A stretch of DNA of 35,150 bases from Candidatus Fervidifonticultor quintus (GTDB taxonomy: Bacteria; Sysuimicrobiota; Sysuimicrobiia; Sysuimicrobiales; Humicultoraceae): assembly GCA_031459535.1 (NCBI GenBank), contig JAVKIJ010000028.1:1-35150 (forward strand). The letters run 5' to 3'. The notes below the pieces were generated by a model, which was not told the DNA's origin, searched no databases, and saw nothing but the letters and a program-made list of their open reading frames with translations. Of the stretch, positions 26,349-35,150 are shown piece after piece. Position 1 is the first letter of the stretch. Each line of letters begins with the position of its first letter. A program made the position numbers and the translations under genes.

Positions 26349-27233
26349 TCACGGCTCGACGACGAACGTGACCCAGATCAGCACGGTGCTGGCGATGGGC
26401 AGCCCGTCGCGGCGCGCCGGGTGGAACCGCCACCTGCGGGCCGCAGCGACTGCCGCCGCATCGAGATCGGATCGGCTGGAGGAGACCGCCACCTGGACGT
26501 CGGTCACGGTGCCGTCGGCGCCGACGGCGAGCCTCAACCTCACCCGCGCCTTCACATCCTCGGGGCGGACCCCCGCGGCGAGGCCCGGTGCCTCAACCAC
26601 GACGTGCCAGGCGAGCGGATGCTGTGGTGGGTCCAGCGCGATCGGCACCGGCGGGGTCAGCACGGGCGCCGCGCGCGGCTCCGTACGGGTGGGCGCGGGC
26701 GCCGGAACACCCGGAGCCGTCGTCTGCGGCGGCGCAGACGCGGAGGGCACCGGCGCGGGCTCAGGCCGGGCAGCGGGCTCGACCGCTGCCCCTGGGCCCT
26801 CCGGGGGAGCATACCCCTCAGACGAGGGCGGCGCGATGGGCACGGGCCGGGAACCCGGGGCTCCAGGCAGGGCCGGAGGACCCGCCGCTCGATCGGCGGA
26901 CGCATCGGGGCGGCGCGGCGGCGCAGTTCGTTGCTGCGGGCGCGGCGGTCCAGGCGCGTTCCGCAGCCGCGGCGCAGGCGGCGACGCGACGGGTGGGGCG
27001 GGCGGCGGCATCGAATCCTCGGGGGTCCACCCGGACTCGAGTTCTGCCGATGGGGCTGGCGCGGCTGCGCTGGGGCGACCCGTCGGCGAGGGCGGCGGGC
27101 GGTGATCGGTCTCGCGCTCGCCCTGCGCGAGCAACACCATCGAGAGCGCGACGCCGACGACCAGCGCGATGACCGCCGCCTGGCCGCGAGGCCTGCGTGG
27201 CTTCCGGGGCCCTCCTGGCTGCGCCGCGCTCAT
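26349..27233 (-). CDS. tonB: Energy transducer TonB
   Basis: N-terminal TM anchor, long Pro/Ala-rich linker, and TonB_C domain VRLRLAVGADGTV..V.V..SS....LDAAAVAAARRWRFHPARRDG. Confidence 0.9.
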   Translation of the reverse strand: MSAAQPGGPRKPRRPRGQAAVIALVVGVALSMVLLAQGERETDHRPPPSPTGRPSAAAPAPSAELESGWTPEDSMPPPAPPVASPPAPRLRNAPGPPRPQQRTAPPRRPDASADRAAGPPALPGAPGSRPVPIAPPSSEGYAPPEGPGAAVEPAARPEPAPVPSASAPPQTTAPGVPAPAPTRTEPRAAPVLTPPVPIALDPPQHPLAWHVVVEAPGLAAGVRPEDVKARVRLRLAVGADGTVTDVQVAVSSSRSDLDAAAVAAARRWRFHPARRDGLPIASTVLIWVTFVVEP

Positions 27234-27243
27234 CCCTTCTGCT

Positions 27244-29046
27244 CTACCGACGAAGGTTGAACTCGACGAAGACGCTTCGCCCGGGGGCGGGGTACCCCTG
27301 CAGCGGCTCGTAGCGCACATCGAAGAGGTTCTGGATGACCACGCGCAACCCCGCCTCAGCGCTGATCGGCACGTGCGCGACAAGCGATGTGGCCACGTAC
27401 GCAGGTAGCTTCACGACGTTGGCCGCGTCAGCGAAGCGCTCGCCAAGGGCGACTGCCGCCGCGGTCAGCGAGGCCCCACCACCCCACGTGTGGGTCAGAG
27501 CGATGGTGCCCTGCACGCGAGGCCGGTTGGGCAGGTCGAAGCCGGTCGCCGCGTCTCGGGCGCGCATGATCGTGACAGACCCCCGCACGCGCCAGCCCGG
27601 CGCCATCGCGCCGTCGGCTTCCAGCGATCCTCCCCAGATCGAGGCGGCACCCACATTCTGCGGCGAGAACACGAAGAAGGCGTCCGGCACCCAGATGATG
27701 AGGTCGCGCACGTCGCTCCAGAACGCCGTGGCGCGAAGGGACAGACCCCCCACCACGACCTCGGCGCCGGCGTCTGCCGACCACGCCTGCTCCGGGCGCA
27801 GCCCGGGGTTTCCTCTCGCGAATCCATCGAAGGGGTAGTACAGGTCGGCCAGGGCCGGCCCGCGGAAGGTGCGGCCGACGGCGAGGCGCAGGCGCACCTC
27901 GGGTCTGAGAAAGTACACCAGGCCGGCGCGCGGGTTAATCTGGAGGCCCCAGATCGAGTGCCAGTCGGCGCGCAGGCCCGTCGAGAGGAGCAACCGCGGT
28001 CTGAGGGTGCGGTCGTCCTGCACGTAGGCTGCGACGACGCCGGCCGACCGCTCGCCGACGCTGGCGCTGCTCAACCGCTGCCAGTGCCCGTCCGCTCCCC
28101 AGGTCTGCACCAGACCCGGCCCGCGGCGGACCGTGCGTTGCCACTCTACGCTCCAGGTCGAGCCGTCGTGCCGGTCGCTTATGCCGAACGTGGGATCCCG
28201 GTAGTCGGTCCCGTCATAGGCCAGCGAGCCGCGAAGCCGGTCGGAGAGCGGCCCGCGGCTGTGCGTGCTCGAGAACGCCACCACGACGCGTCGGTCGTCC
28301 TGCCGGGCCAGCGGCGTCGGGAAGAGCACCGACCCGGGAACCCCGCGTGCGGCCAGGGACGCGAACATCGTGGCGTCCCATCTCCGGCCGCCCTGCTCAT
28401 CTCCCAAGCGCAGAGACAACCAGCCCGCGCGCAGGTCGGAGTTGGCCCGATCGCCCGTCGCGCCCTCGTACCGCAGCGCCACGCGGGGGCCGCCACCTGT
28501 GCTGACCGAGAACGCGGCGGCGCCGGCCGACCCTCCGCCGAGCGTCACCGTCGCAGGCCCGCGACGACGCGTGATGACCGAGACCACGCCGCCCAACGCG
28601 CCGCTACCATAGATGGCGGAGAACGGCCCGCGCAGGACCTCGATCCGCTCCACCTCGGCCACCGGGATCGTGCTCAGGTCCACCGTGCCGCCCAGCACAT
28701 TGTTGAGCGGCACCCCGTCCAGCAGCACCAGCACCTGCTCGGCGCTGCTGCCCCGGATGCTGGGCGTGATGAGGCTGCCCGCACCGCCGTACGCGCGGGC
28801 GAGGGTTTCAGGAAGATACGCTAGGGCCTCGCCAACGGTCCGGACGCCGAGGCGCTGCAGATCGGCGGCGGTGAGCACCGAGACGCTGGCCGGCGACGCG
28901 GCTGCCGGCTGCGGCCGGCGCGCCGGCGAGACCACATCGGGGAGTTCGAACTCCGGGGGCGGTTCCTGGGCCAGCGCCGGGATCGGTGAAGCCGAAGAGC
29001 ACAACGCGACTGCGAGGATCACGACGAGGAAAAATCGAGAGTGCAC
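27244..29046 (-). CDS. btuB: TonB-dependent receptor, probable cobalamin transporter
   Basis: TonB-box-like DVVSPARR, plug SIRGSSAEQVLVLLDGVPLN and ERIEVLRGPFSAIYGSGALGGVV, NPGLRPE, NLFD..Y...GYPAPGR. Lies downstream of a cobalamin riboswitch. Confidence 0.9.
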   Translation of the reverse strand: MHSRFFLVVILAVALCSSASPIPALAQEPPPEFELPDVVSPARRPQPAAASPASVSVLTAADLQRLGVRTVGEALAYLPETLARAYGGAGSLITPSIRGSSAEQVLVLLDGVPLNNVLGGTVDLSTIPVAEVERIEVLRGPFSAIYGSGALGGVVSVITRRRGPATVTLGGGSAGAAAFSVSTGGGPRVALRYEGATGDRANSDLRAGWLSLRLGDEQGGRRWDATMFASLAARGVPGSVLFPTPLARQDDRRVVVAFSSTHSRGPLSDRLRGSLAYDGTDYRDPTFGISDRHDGSTWSVEWQRTVRRGPGLVQTWGADGHWQRLSSASVGERSAGVVAAYVQDDRTLRPRLLLSTGLRADWHSIWGLQINPRAGLVYFLRPEVRLRLAVGRTFRGPALADLYYPFDGFARGNPGLRPEQAWSADAGAEVVVGGLSLRATAFWSDVRDLIIWVPDAFFVFSPQNVGAASIWGGSLEADGAMAPGWRVRGSVTIMRARDAATGFDLPNRPRVQGTIALTHTWGGGASLTAAAVALGERFADAANVVKLPAYVATSLVAHVPISAEAGLRVVIQNLFDVRYEPLQGYPAPGRSVFVEFNLRR

Positions 29047-29081
29047 CTGCCCACCTCCTCATCCGCGAAGGCGTGTGGCGT

Positions 29082-29268
29082 CGGCGCAGGCAGGTCTTCT
29101 GGCTTCGGATCATCACACCGGCCGGCCTTCCCGGGTCAAACCCAGTGGCTCCGGGGGCCAGTGCTCCCCGTCACAGCGGCGGGACCGCGCCGGTCTCGCC
29201 CCGAGGGGCTTCACCGGACTTCCCTATTCTGACGCCCCGGCGGCGTACCGGGACGTCCACCTGCGCCG
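29082..29268 (-). promoter_or_regulatory. Cobalamin (AdoCbl) riboswitch
   Basis: Minus strand: AGGT...AATAGGGAAGTCCGGTGAA...CCGGCGCGGTCCCGCCGCTGTGA...GCCACTG...GGGAAGG...AGCCAGAAGACCTGCC (B12 box). P1 is GGCGCAGG/CCTGCGCC. Confidence 0.95.
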
Positions 29269-29325
29269 CGAGTGCATTGCTGATGGAGTTTTCGCCCAGC
29301 GACCGAGCCGCTCCTTCCGGACCGG

Positions 29326-30234
29326 CTACGGCACCAGCAGGAACCGCACCACGAGCGGCATCTCGGTGGTAATGTCGCGGGCGGTCACGACCCGGACGCG
29401 CACCTCGCGCCGCCTGGCGGTGATCTCGCTCACCGCCGACCGCTGGAGGTCGATGTCAAGCTGGGCCCTGGGTGGGTCGGTGATGCGGGCAAAGGCCGGG
29501 GAGAGCAGCTTGCCCTGCGCGCGGTCGGCAGCCGCGTCGACCAGGCCGAGCAGCTCGCGCGCCACCTGCTCTCTTCCGGCCTGACCGTCCACCACACCTT
29601 CTCCCACGACGGTACCCCTGCGATACACCAGCCGACGATCCACCAGCGACACGAAGACCTGCAGCGCCTCGCCACGCAGCGCGTTTTCCAGCGACACGAT
29701 GCGGACGATGGTCTCCCCGCGGCGCAGCGAGATCAGCCGGGCGACGTTCTCCCAGGTCAGGTTGGGCGGGTACAGCGTCAGCACCGCCCCGCTGACGAGG
29801 TCGGGAGCCGCGCCGCCGGCGACGGCCACGTCCACCGCGCGCAGCCGCATCGCGTCCATCCGGGCCAGAATCTGCGGCTGCGGCAGGCGGCCGTCGATGA
29901 CCTCGCGGAGGACCTCTTGATTGCGCAGAAAGGCGATGTCACCGCCTTTCAACTCCGCCAGCCGGGCCTCGGCGTCGGCGATCTGCTCCCGCAGGTCGTG
30001 GAGGCGGAACAACCCCACCCGGGCATCCTGGGAGACCAACAGCACCGAGGCCAGCGAGATGACCGTGATGAGCATCCCAGTGACCACGGTGATCAGGTGG
30101 GCGGTGTAGCGGGGCCGCAGCCCGAAGATGGACAGCCGCCGCCTGCCCGTGGCCCGGCCGACGCGATTGCCGATGTAGGCCACAACACCGCTGATGATGA
30201 TGAGGACCGGAATCAGGATCAGCCCGGATTCCAC
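29326..30234 (-). CDS. DUF3084-family membrane protein
   Basis: GVVAYIGNRVGRATGRRRLSIFGLRPRYTA..ITVVTG.LI N-terminal signature of DUF3084, in its usual position downstream of lptF/G. Start taken as GTG 30234. Confidence 0.82.
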   Translation of the reverse strand: MESGLILIPVLIIISGVVAYIGNRVGRATGRRRLSIFGLRPRYTAHLITVVTGMLITVISLASVLLVSQDARVGLFRLHDLREQIADAEARLAELKGGDIAFLRNQEVLREVIDGRLPQPQILARMDAMRLRAVDVAVAGGAAPDLVSGAVLTLYPPNLTWENVARLISLRRGETIVRIVSLENALRGEALQVFVSLVDRRLVYRRGTVVGEGVVDGQAGREQVARELLGLVDAAADRAQGKLLSPAFARITDPPRAQLDIDLQRSAVSEITARRREVRVRVVTARDITTEMPLVVRFLLVP

Positions 30235-30244
30235 AGACACCTCT

Positions 30245-31906
30245 TCAACGCGGCAATGTCGGAGCCCTGGCGCACGATGCGGGCCGATCCGCGCGGTAGA
30301 CGCGCACGCCGGCGTCTGCAACTAGCTCCACGGCGCCTCCAGGGAGCAGCGGCCGCACCCAGGCGCGTTCGCTGTCCGGGGTCACGACGAACGCGCGGGG
30401 CGCGGCGCACAGGGCCTCGATCAAATCATCGCGGCCCTCGACCCAGCGCACGGCGTGGTCGCTGTAGAACCGCAGTGACGCCGCCAGGGGCAGCCGCACG
30501 ACCGCCACAAGGTCGTCTGGGCGCGCGTGGGCGGCGAGTGCGAGGCCGATGCGCCGGGTGGGACGAAAGGCGTCCATGGCCGGGAGCGTGTGGTGCACCA
30601 GAATCGGCAGCGCAAGGACGGGGGTCAGGATCAGAGCGGCGACCATGGCACGGAGGCGCCGGTACAGGAGGAACCCCCACGCCACCAGCGGCCCGCCAGC
30701 CAGCACGCCGGCGACGAGCGCCACCGGTCCGGCCAGCGCGCTCGCCTGGTCCGGGTACTTGATACGGCCGTAACTGACCACCGCGAGAGCGAAGAGGATC
30801 GAGGGCAGAGGGAGGAGCGCTGCCGCCCAGCGCCCTGGAGACCGCAGGGCCACGGCGGGGTCGTCCAGCAGATCCTGGAGCAGCCGCGCGATGCCGATCG
30901 CCAGGACCGGATAGACCGGGAGAATATAGTTAGGCAGCTTGGTCCCGGCGGCCGAGTAGAACGCCACGACGAGACCGCACCACAGCAGGATAACCTGACT
31001 GGCCATCTCGTGGCGTCGGCGCAGCAGCCCGACGATCACCAAAGGGACAAAGGCTGTCCACGGCATGGCGCCGAGCACCAGCACCGGCGCGTAGTACCAC
31101 CACGGGCCGGGTTGATTCTCCACGACCCCGAAGAATCGATTGAACAGGTAGTACCCAACGGCGGTACGCAGGAACGGCAGGCCATAGCGGACCATGCCGA
31201 CCACATACCACGAGAGCCCCACGGCCGCATAGATCGCGAGACCCGCCCACGGGACCCTGCGCCACGCCTGCCCATCGCGCCGGAGCAGCCACAACCCCAC
31301 GATCAGCATGGCAGGCAGGGCCAGGCCGATCGGGCCCTTGGTGGCCGTCGCCAGCCCGGCCCAGCCCCACGCCCACAGGTACGCTCGGCGTGACCCGGTG
31401 CGGTCTGCCTCGAGGGCCATGTAGAGGGAGAGCATCATAAAGGCCACCAGCGTGGGGTCGAACACCCCCAGGCGCGCCTGTCCCAGCACCTGCAGCGAGG
31501 TGGCCGCGACGGCCGCGGCTAGGAGCGCGATGGACGATCCGCGCCCGTAGTAGAGAAAGCGTGCCAGCAGAAAGGTCGCGGCAACCAGCGCGACACCCGA
31601 GAGCGCCGACCAGAGCCGCGCCGCGACTTCGGTAAAGCCGATCAGGCGGGCTGTCAGAGCCTGCAGCCAGAAGAACAGCGGCGGGTGGACGAACCAGGGC
31701 GCCCCGTCCAGACGCAGCGTCCACGGATCGTCGAACCGCACCTCCCTGGCGATCTGAAAGTAGCGGGGCTCATCCTGATCCCACAGCGCGCCTTCGCCCA
31801 GGCCATAGGTGAAGAGCACGAGGGCCCCGAGCACGGCGACGGCCAGCAGCCGCAGGTCGTGCGGTGTCCAGGGCCGCGCCGCATCGGCCGGGCCAGGAGG
31901 GTTCAC
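30245..31906 (-). CDS. ArnT-like (GT83/GT39) lipid glycosyltransferase
   Basis: LWDQDEPRYFQIARE, WFVHPPLFFW, ARLWSAL, TKGPIGL.LP, PWWYY, TKLPNYILP.YP. GTG start overlaps the lptF/G stop. Confidence 0.9.
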   Translation of the reverse strand: MNPPGPADAARPWTPHDLRLLAVAVLGALVLFTYGLGEGALWDQDEPRYFQIAREVRFDDPWTLRLDGAPWFVHPPLFFWLQALTARLIGFTEVAARLWSALSGVALVAATFLLARFLYYGRGSSIALLAAAVAATSLQVLGQARLGVFDPTLVAFMMLSLYMALEADRTGSRRAYLWAWGWAGLATATKGPIGLALPAMLIVGLWLLRRDGQAWRRVPWAGLAIYAAVGLSWYVVGMVRYGLPFLRTAVGYYLFNRFFGVVENQPGPWWYYAPVLVLGAMPWTAFVPLVIVGLLRRRHEMASQVILLWCGLVVAFYSAAGTKLPNYILPVYPVLAIGIARLLQDLLDDPAVALRSPGRWAAALLPLPSILFALAVVSYGRIKYPDQASALAGPVALVAGVLAGGPLVAWGFLLYRRLRAMVAALILTPVLALPILVHHTLPAMDAFRPTRRIGLALAAHARPDDLVAVVRLPLAASLRFYSDHAVRWVEGRDDLIEALCAAPRAFVVTPDSERAWVRPLLPGGAVELVADAGVRVYRADRPASCARAPTLPR

Positions 31907-32973
31907 GGGCTGGTCCAGAGCAGCAGGGCGCCGGCGGCCGCCACGCTCAGGTTGGGGAGCCACGCCGCCAGGAACGGCGCCAGCTGGCCGCGCTCGCCCA
32001 GGGTGACAGTGACGGACATGATCACATAGTACGCGAGCAACACCAGCACCGTCAGGCCGAGGCCGGTGGACCTGCCGGACCGGTGCGGCCGCAGGCCGAG
32101 CGGCACGGCGAGCAGGGCAAAGATCACACTGCTGGTCGGGAGCGCCAGTTTGAGCTGGAGGCTCACCGCGTAGCGGAGCACGTTCTCCCCCGCCTCGCGC
32201 AACGTGGCAATCTGGTGGCGGAGCTCGGCGATGGTCATCTCCGCTGGGTCGCGGCGCGGCGCGCCGATCTGCTGAGGCGTGCGCCGCATCGTCACGCGCA
32301 TCCGCCGGAACTCGGTCTTGACGCCGGCCGATGAGCCCAGCAGGTACAGCGTCCCGTCGTGGAGCACCCAGCCGTCTGGGCCGAAGCGGGCGGACGCCGC
32401 CTCGATCAGGCGGGCGGGCCGGCCGCCGAGGAACTGGGTGATGACCACTCGCGACATGGTCCCGTCCCGCATGTCCAGTTCCCGGGCGTAGAACACCGAC
32501 TCGACCCCGTTGACCGGCTCGCGGAACAGCACGTTGTGCTGGATACGGCGCTCGAGCGAGCGGATGGCCTGGGCAAACACGTCCCGGTAGCGGCTCTCAG
32601 ACCGCGGCACGACCATCTCACTCGCCGCCAGCGACAGGGCCGTCACCATCAATCCGGCGGCCAGCACCGGCGCGGCGATGCGGCCCAGGCTCCAGCCGCT
32701 GGTCCGCATGGCGGTGATCTCGTTGCGGTCGCTCATCCGGCCGATGGCCAGCAGCGTGGCCAGCAGCATCGCCATCGGCATGGCGTACGTCGCCAGGTAC
32801 GGGACCCGCAGGGCGAGGAGCAGCAGGTTGGTCCGCAGCGGCACCCCGGCTTCCGCGGCCAGCCGCGCCAGGAAGAAGAGATGGTTGATCAGCAGCAGCG
32901 TGGTGAAGACCGCAACGCCGAACAGGAAGATGCCGCTGATCTCGCGGAGGATGTACCGGTCAATGAGCCGCAT
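31903..32973 (-). CDS. lptF: LptF/LptG-family LPS export permease
   Basis: MRLIDRYILREI, RMSDRNEITAMRTSGWS, P.EMTIAEL, KLALP, LAAWLPN. Confidence 0.92.
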   Translation of the reverse strand: MRLIDRYILREISGIFLFGVAVFTTLLLINHLFFLARLAAEAGVPLRTNLLLLALRVPYLATYAMPMAMLLATLLAIGRMSDRNEITAMRTSGWSLGRIAAPVLAAGLMVTALSLAASEMVVPRSESRYRDVFAQAIRSLERRIQHNVLFREPVNGVESVFYARELDMRDGTMSRVVITQFLGGRPARLIEAASARFGPDGWVLHDGTLYLLGSSAGVKTEFRRMRVTMRRTPQQIGAPRRDPAEMTIAELRHQIATLREAGENVLRYAVSLQLKLALPTSSVIFALLAVPLGLRPHRSGRSTGLGLTVLVLLAYYVIMSVTVTLGERGQLAPFLAAWLPNLSVAAAGALLLWTSP

Positions 32974-32978
32974 GATGC

Positions 32979-33695
32979 CTACAGGCGAAACGACTCTCCG
33001 AGATAGAACCGCCGGGCGTCCTCGCTGGCCATGATCTCGTCAGCCGTCCCGGCCAGGAGGATGCGACCTTCGTGGATGATCTCGGCCCGGTCGGTGATCG
33101 CCAGCGTGTCGCGGACGTTGTGATCGGTGATGACCACGCCCAGCCCGCGGTCGCGCAGCTGTACCACCACCTGCTGGATCTCGGCCACGGACTTGGGGTC
33201 CACACCCGTGAACGGTTCGTCCAGCAGGATGAACGACGGCTCCATGGCCAGCACCCGGGCGATCTCCACGCGGCGGCGCTCGCCGCCGGACAGCGTCCCG
33301 CCGGCCTGCCGTCGCAGGCCTACCAGCTCGAACTCTTCCAGTAACCCGTCCACGATGGGCCGGCGCCGGTCGCGCGGCACGCCCCGGACCTCCAGGACCG
33401 CTTCGATGTTCTGCTGGACCGACAGTCCGCGGAAGACCGACGGCTCCTGGCTCAGGTAGCCGATCCCTCGGCGCGTGCGCTGGTGTACCGGCAGACCGGT
33501 GATGGGCTCGTCGTCGAGCCAGATGTCGCCGCCGTCGGGCCGGATCAGGCCCACGATCATATAGAACGTCGTGGTCTTTCCGGCACCGTTGGGGCCCAGC
33601 AGCCCCACGATCTCGCCTCGCTCCACCGACAGGTCTACCCCGTCGACCACGGTGCGAGATCCATACCGCTTGTACAGGCCCCTGGCGGCCAGCAT
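32979..33695 (-). CDS. lptB: LPS export ABC transporter ATPase LptB
   Basis: GLLGPNGAGKTTTFYMIVGL, GIGYLSQEPSVFR, LSGGERRRVEIAR, LLDEPFTGVDP, ITDHNVRDTL, YLGESFRL. Confidence 0.97.
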   Translation of the reverse strand: MLAARGLYKRYGSRTVVDGVDLSVERGEIVGLLGPNGAGKTTTFYMIVGLIRPDGGDIWLDDEPITGLPVHQRTRRGIGYLSQEPSVFRGLSVQQNIEAVLEVRGVPRDRRRPIVDGLLEEFELVGLRRQAGGTLSGGERRRVEIARVLAMEPSFILLDEPFTGVDPKSVAEIQQVVVQLRDRGLGVVITDHNVRDTLAITDRAEIIHEGRILLAGTADEIMASEDARRFYLGESFRL

Positions 33696-33704
33696 CGCCA
33701 GACC

Positions 33705-34553
33705 CTACGGAGGCGTGATGACCAGCCGGGACCCGCCCCGGGCGGTGACGCGGTGGCCATCCAGGTCCATCTCAATGACGTCGGCGGTCACGCGGTCCGG
33801 GCCCCGCTCGACGCGCGCGCCGCCGGAGAGTGTCGCCCGGTTGTCCTTCGCCGAGATGTCCGCGCGCGGCGCCTGTCCCACCAGGTCGCCGCGGCGTATG
33901 CGGACATCGCCCTCGCCGCGCGCGCGTTCCTCGGCCAGCCACAGGTGGATCGTCCGCGCGGCCATCGTGGCCTCCCGGAAGCGCGCCGTGGGTTCGCCCG
34001 TCACGACCGCCAGGCGCTGCCGATCGTCGTAGTCGGCACGGCGACCGGTCACGGTCCACTCTCCCCGCGTCAGTGTGACGCCGCCGGTGGCGACGAACTG
34101 CCTGGTCTGCAGCGACCCGGCAACTTCGGGCGCGGCGAGTGTCACGGCCTCGACGCCCCCGGCGCCGCCAACGACCACGTCCCCCTGGGCGCGCAGGTGC
34201 TCATCGTCGAGGCGGAACTGCACAGTGGCGGCGCGTAGGCGGAGCTCGGGGTCGGTGACCGTTACCCCGCCGGTTCCCACAATGAGGCGCGCGCGCACAT
34301 CATAGCGGATCCGCGGTGCCCGCACCTCCGTGCGACCTCGCGTGACCACCACAGGCGCCCCCTCAGCCGCCAGGATGCCCGTGGTCTCGTCGTACTCGAT
34401 GCGGGAGGCGCCGGACACGTCGATCGGGACCGCCGCCCGCGCCCCCTGGCCATGCGCAGGAGCAAGGGCGCTCAGGCCGAGCACCACGGTCGCCACGAGG
34501 CAGGCGACCCAAGCCCCTCGTTCACTCGGCCACAGTGACACGGATGTTTCCAT
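33705..34553 (-). CDS. lptA: LptA/OstA-family periplasmic beta-jellyroll protein, extended (about two domains)
   Basis: Signal peptide ending APAHG, then repeated A..I.YD......A.G.V.....G jellyroll units across about 250 aa. Located between lptC and lptB. Start uncertain (34553 or 34541). Confidence 0.82.
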   Translation of the reverse strand: METSVSLWPSERGAWVACLVATVVLGLSALAPAHGQGARAAVPIDVSGASRIEYDETTGILAAEGAPVVVTRGRTEVRAPRIRYDVRARLIVGTGGVTVTDPELRLRAATVQFRLDDEHLRAQGDVVVGGAGGVEAVTLAAPEVAGSLQTRQFVATGGVTLTRGEWTVTGRRADYDDRQRLAVVTGEPTARFREATMAARTIHLWLAEERARGEGDVRIRRGDLVGQAPRADISAKDNRATLSGGARVERGPDRVTADVIEMDLDGHRVTARGGSRLVITPP

Positions 34554-35121
34554 GGAGTCTTGCGTGCTGCAGGGAGGTGTCCGACAGAAGCCGGTCGGCC
34601 CGCATGACCATCCCTCCCTGGCGGAGGACGACGTTTCCCGTCGCCTCAATCTGCCGGAGTCCCGGCGTCCACTTCGCGCGTTGGGCCTCGAGGGTCCGCC
34701 CACTGACGGCCCGGGCGCGCACTCCGCCCTCAAGCGCGACCGCGCGCGACGCGATGAAGAACGTTCCGCGCGGCGCGCTGAACGTCACCGAGGGTACCCC
34801 CGCCTCGAAGAACGTGCCGACGACCGCGGTCAGGGACACCCTGCCCGCGACGCCATCCACGGCCACGGCGTCTGCCCGGAGGTCCCATTGCTGCCGGCCA
34901 GAGGCGTCCACCGTGGAGATGGCCGTCCCCTCGACCCTGACCGGTGGAATGCGGGCCGGCGTCGGGGTGGGAGATGGCCGGGCACCCACGCTGGGGCCGG
35001 CCTTCGGTGCGCCGCCTCCACGCCGCATCGTCTCCGGAGCCTGTAGCAGTGCCCAGATGACGACCGGCACCGCAACGACGACGAGGAGGAGACCCATCGG
35101 CAACCACCGCCTGCCGCTCAT
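34522..35121 (-). CDS. lptC: LPS export ABC transporter periplasmic protein LptC
   Basis: N-terminal TM anchor, G...WDLRAD, V.LEGGV, L.A....W, IEATGNVVL jellyroll. SD GAGGAGG upstream. Confidence 0.85.
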   Translation of the reverse strand: MSGRRWLPMGLLLVVVAVPVVIWALLQAPETMRRGGGAPKAGPSVGARPSPTPTPARIPPVRVEGTAISTVDASGRQQWDLRADAVAVDGVAGRVSLTAVVGTFFEAGVPSVTFSAPRGTFFIASRAVALEGGVRARAVSGRTLEAQRAKWTPGLRQIEATGNVVLRQGGMVMRADRLLSDTSLQHARLHGNIRVTVAE

Positions 35122-35150
35122 CCCGTCGGTGCCTCCTCGCCACCCGTCCC

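Noticed and set aside
26620..27110. Low-complexity GC-rich repetitive stretch
   Set aside because: Explained by the Pro/Ala-rich TonB linker; not a DNA repeat array.
14173..27260. Very long plus-strand ORFs (for example 14173-17061, 20940-23651, 24624-27260; also 4677-6524 and 7814-9802)
   Set aside because: They are antisense shadows of well-supported minus-strand genes, typical of high-GC codon bias, and show no recognisable motifs.
1..35150. CRISPR arrays, tRNA/rRNA genes, IS elements, retron or DGR reverse transcriptases
   Set aside because: No regularly spaced repeats, RNA gene signatures, transposase or RT motifs were found by eye, and most intergenic gaps are short.

Overview
GC-rich bacterial chromosomal window, with nearly all genes on the minus strand. 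It comes from a diderm Terrabacteria-type organism; the gene set suggests an Armatimonadota/CSP1-3-like lineage, which is inference only. In transcription order (right to left) it holds: (1) an outer-membrane cluster, lptC-lptA(double domain)-lptB-lptF/G-ArnT-like GT-DUF3084, then cobalamin riboswitch-btuB-tonB, a YqgF-like nuclease, an 8-blade FG-GAP propeller, a divergent ICMT-like methyltransferase and an SLH-coiled-coil-beta-barrel OmpM-like porin; (2) a HEPN-MNT pair and an RHH-PIN pair whose PIN toxin is truncated and abuts pyrD-pyrF-pyrE; (3) hpt-guaB3-guaA, a second intact RHH-PIN pair, and pcrA; (4) a peptide/nickel ABC cluster with three binding proteins, two permease pairs and no ATPase, plus a GT39 glycosyltransferase and an Xis/BldC-like HTH gene preceded by phased TATAC repeats. 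No CRISPR array, IS, integrase, tRNA or rRNA was recognised. All calls come from reading motifs by eye; no searches were run.
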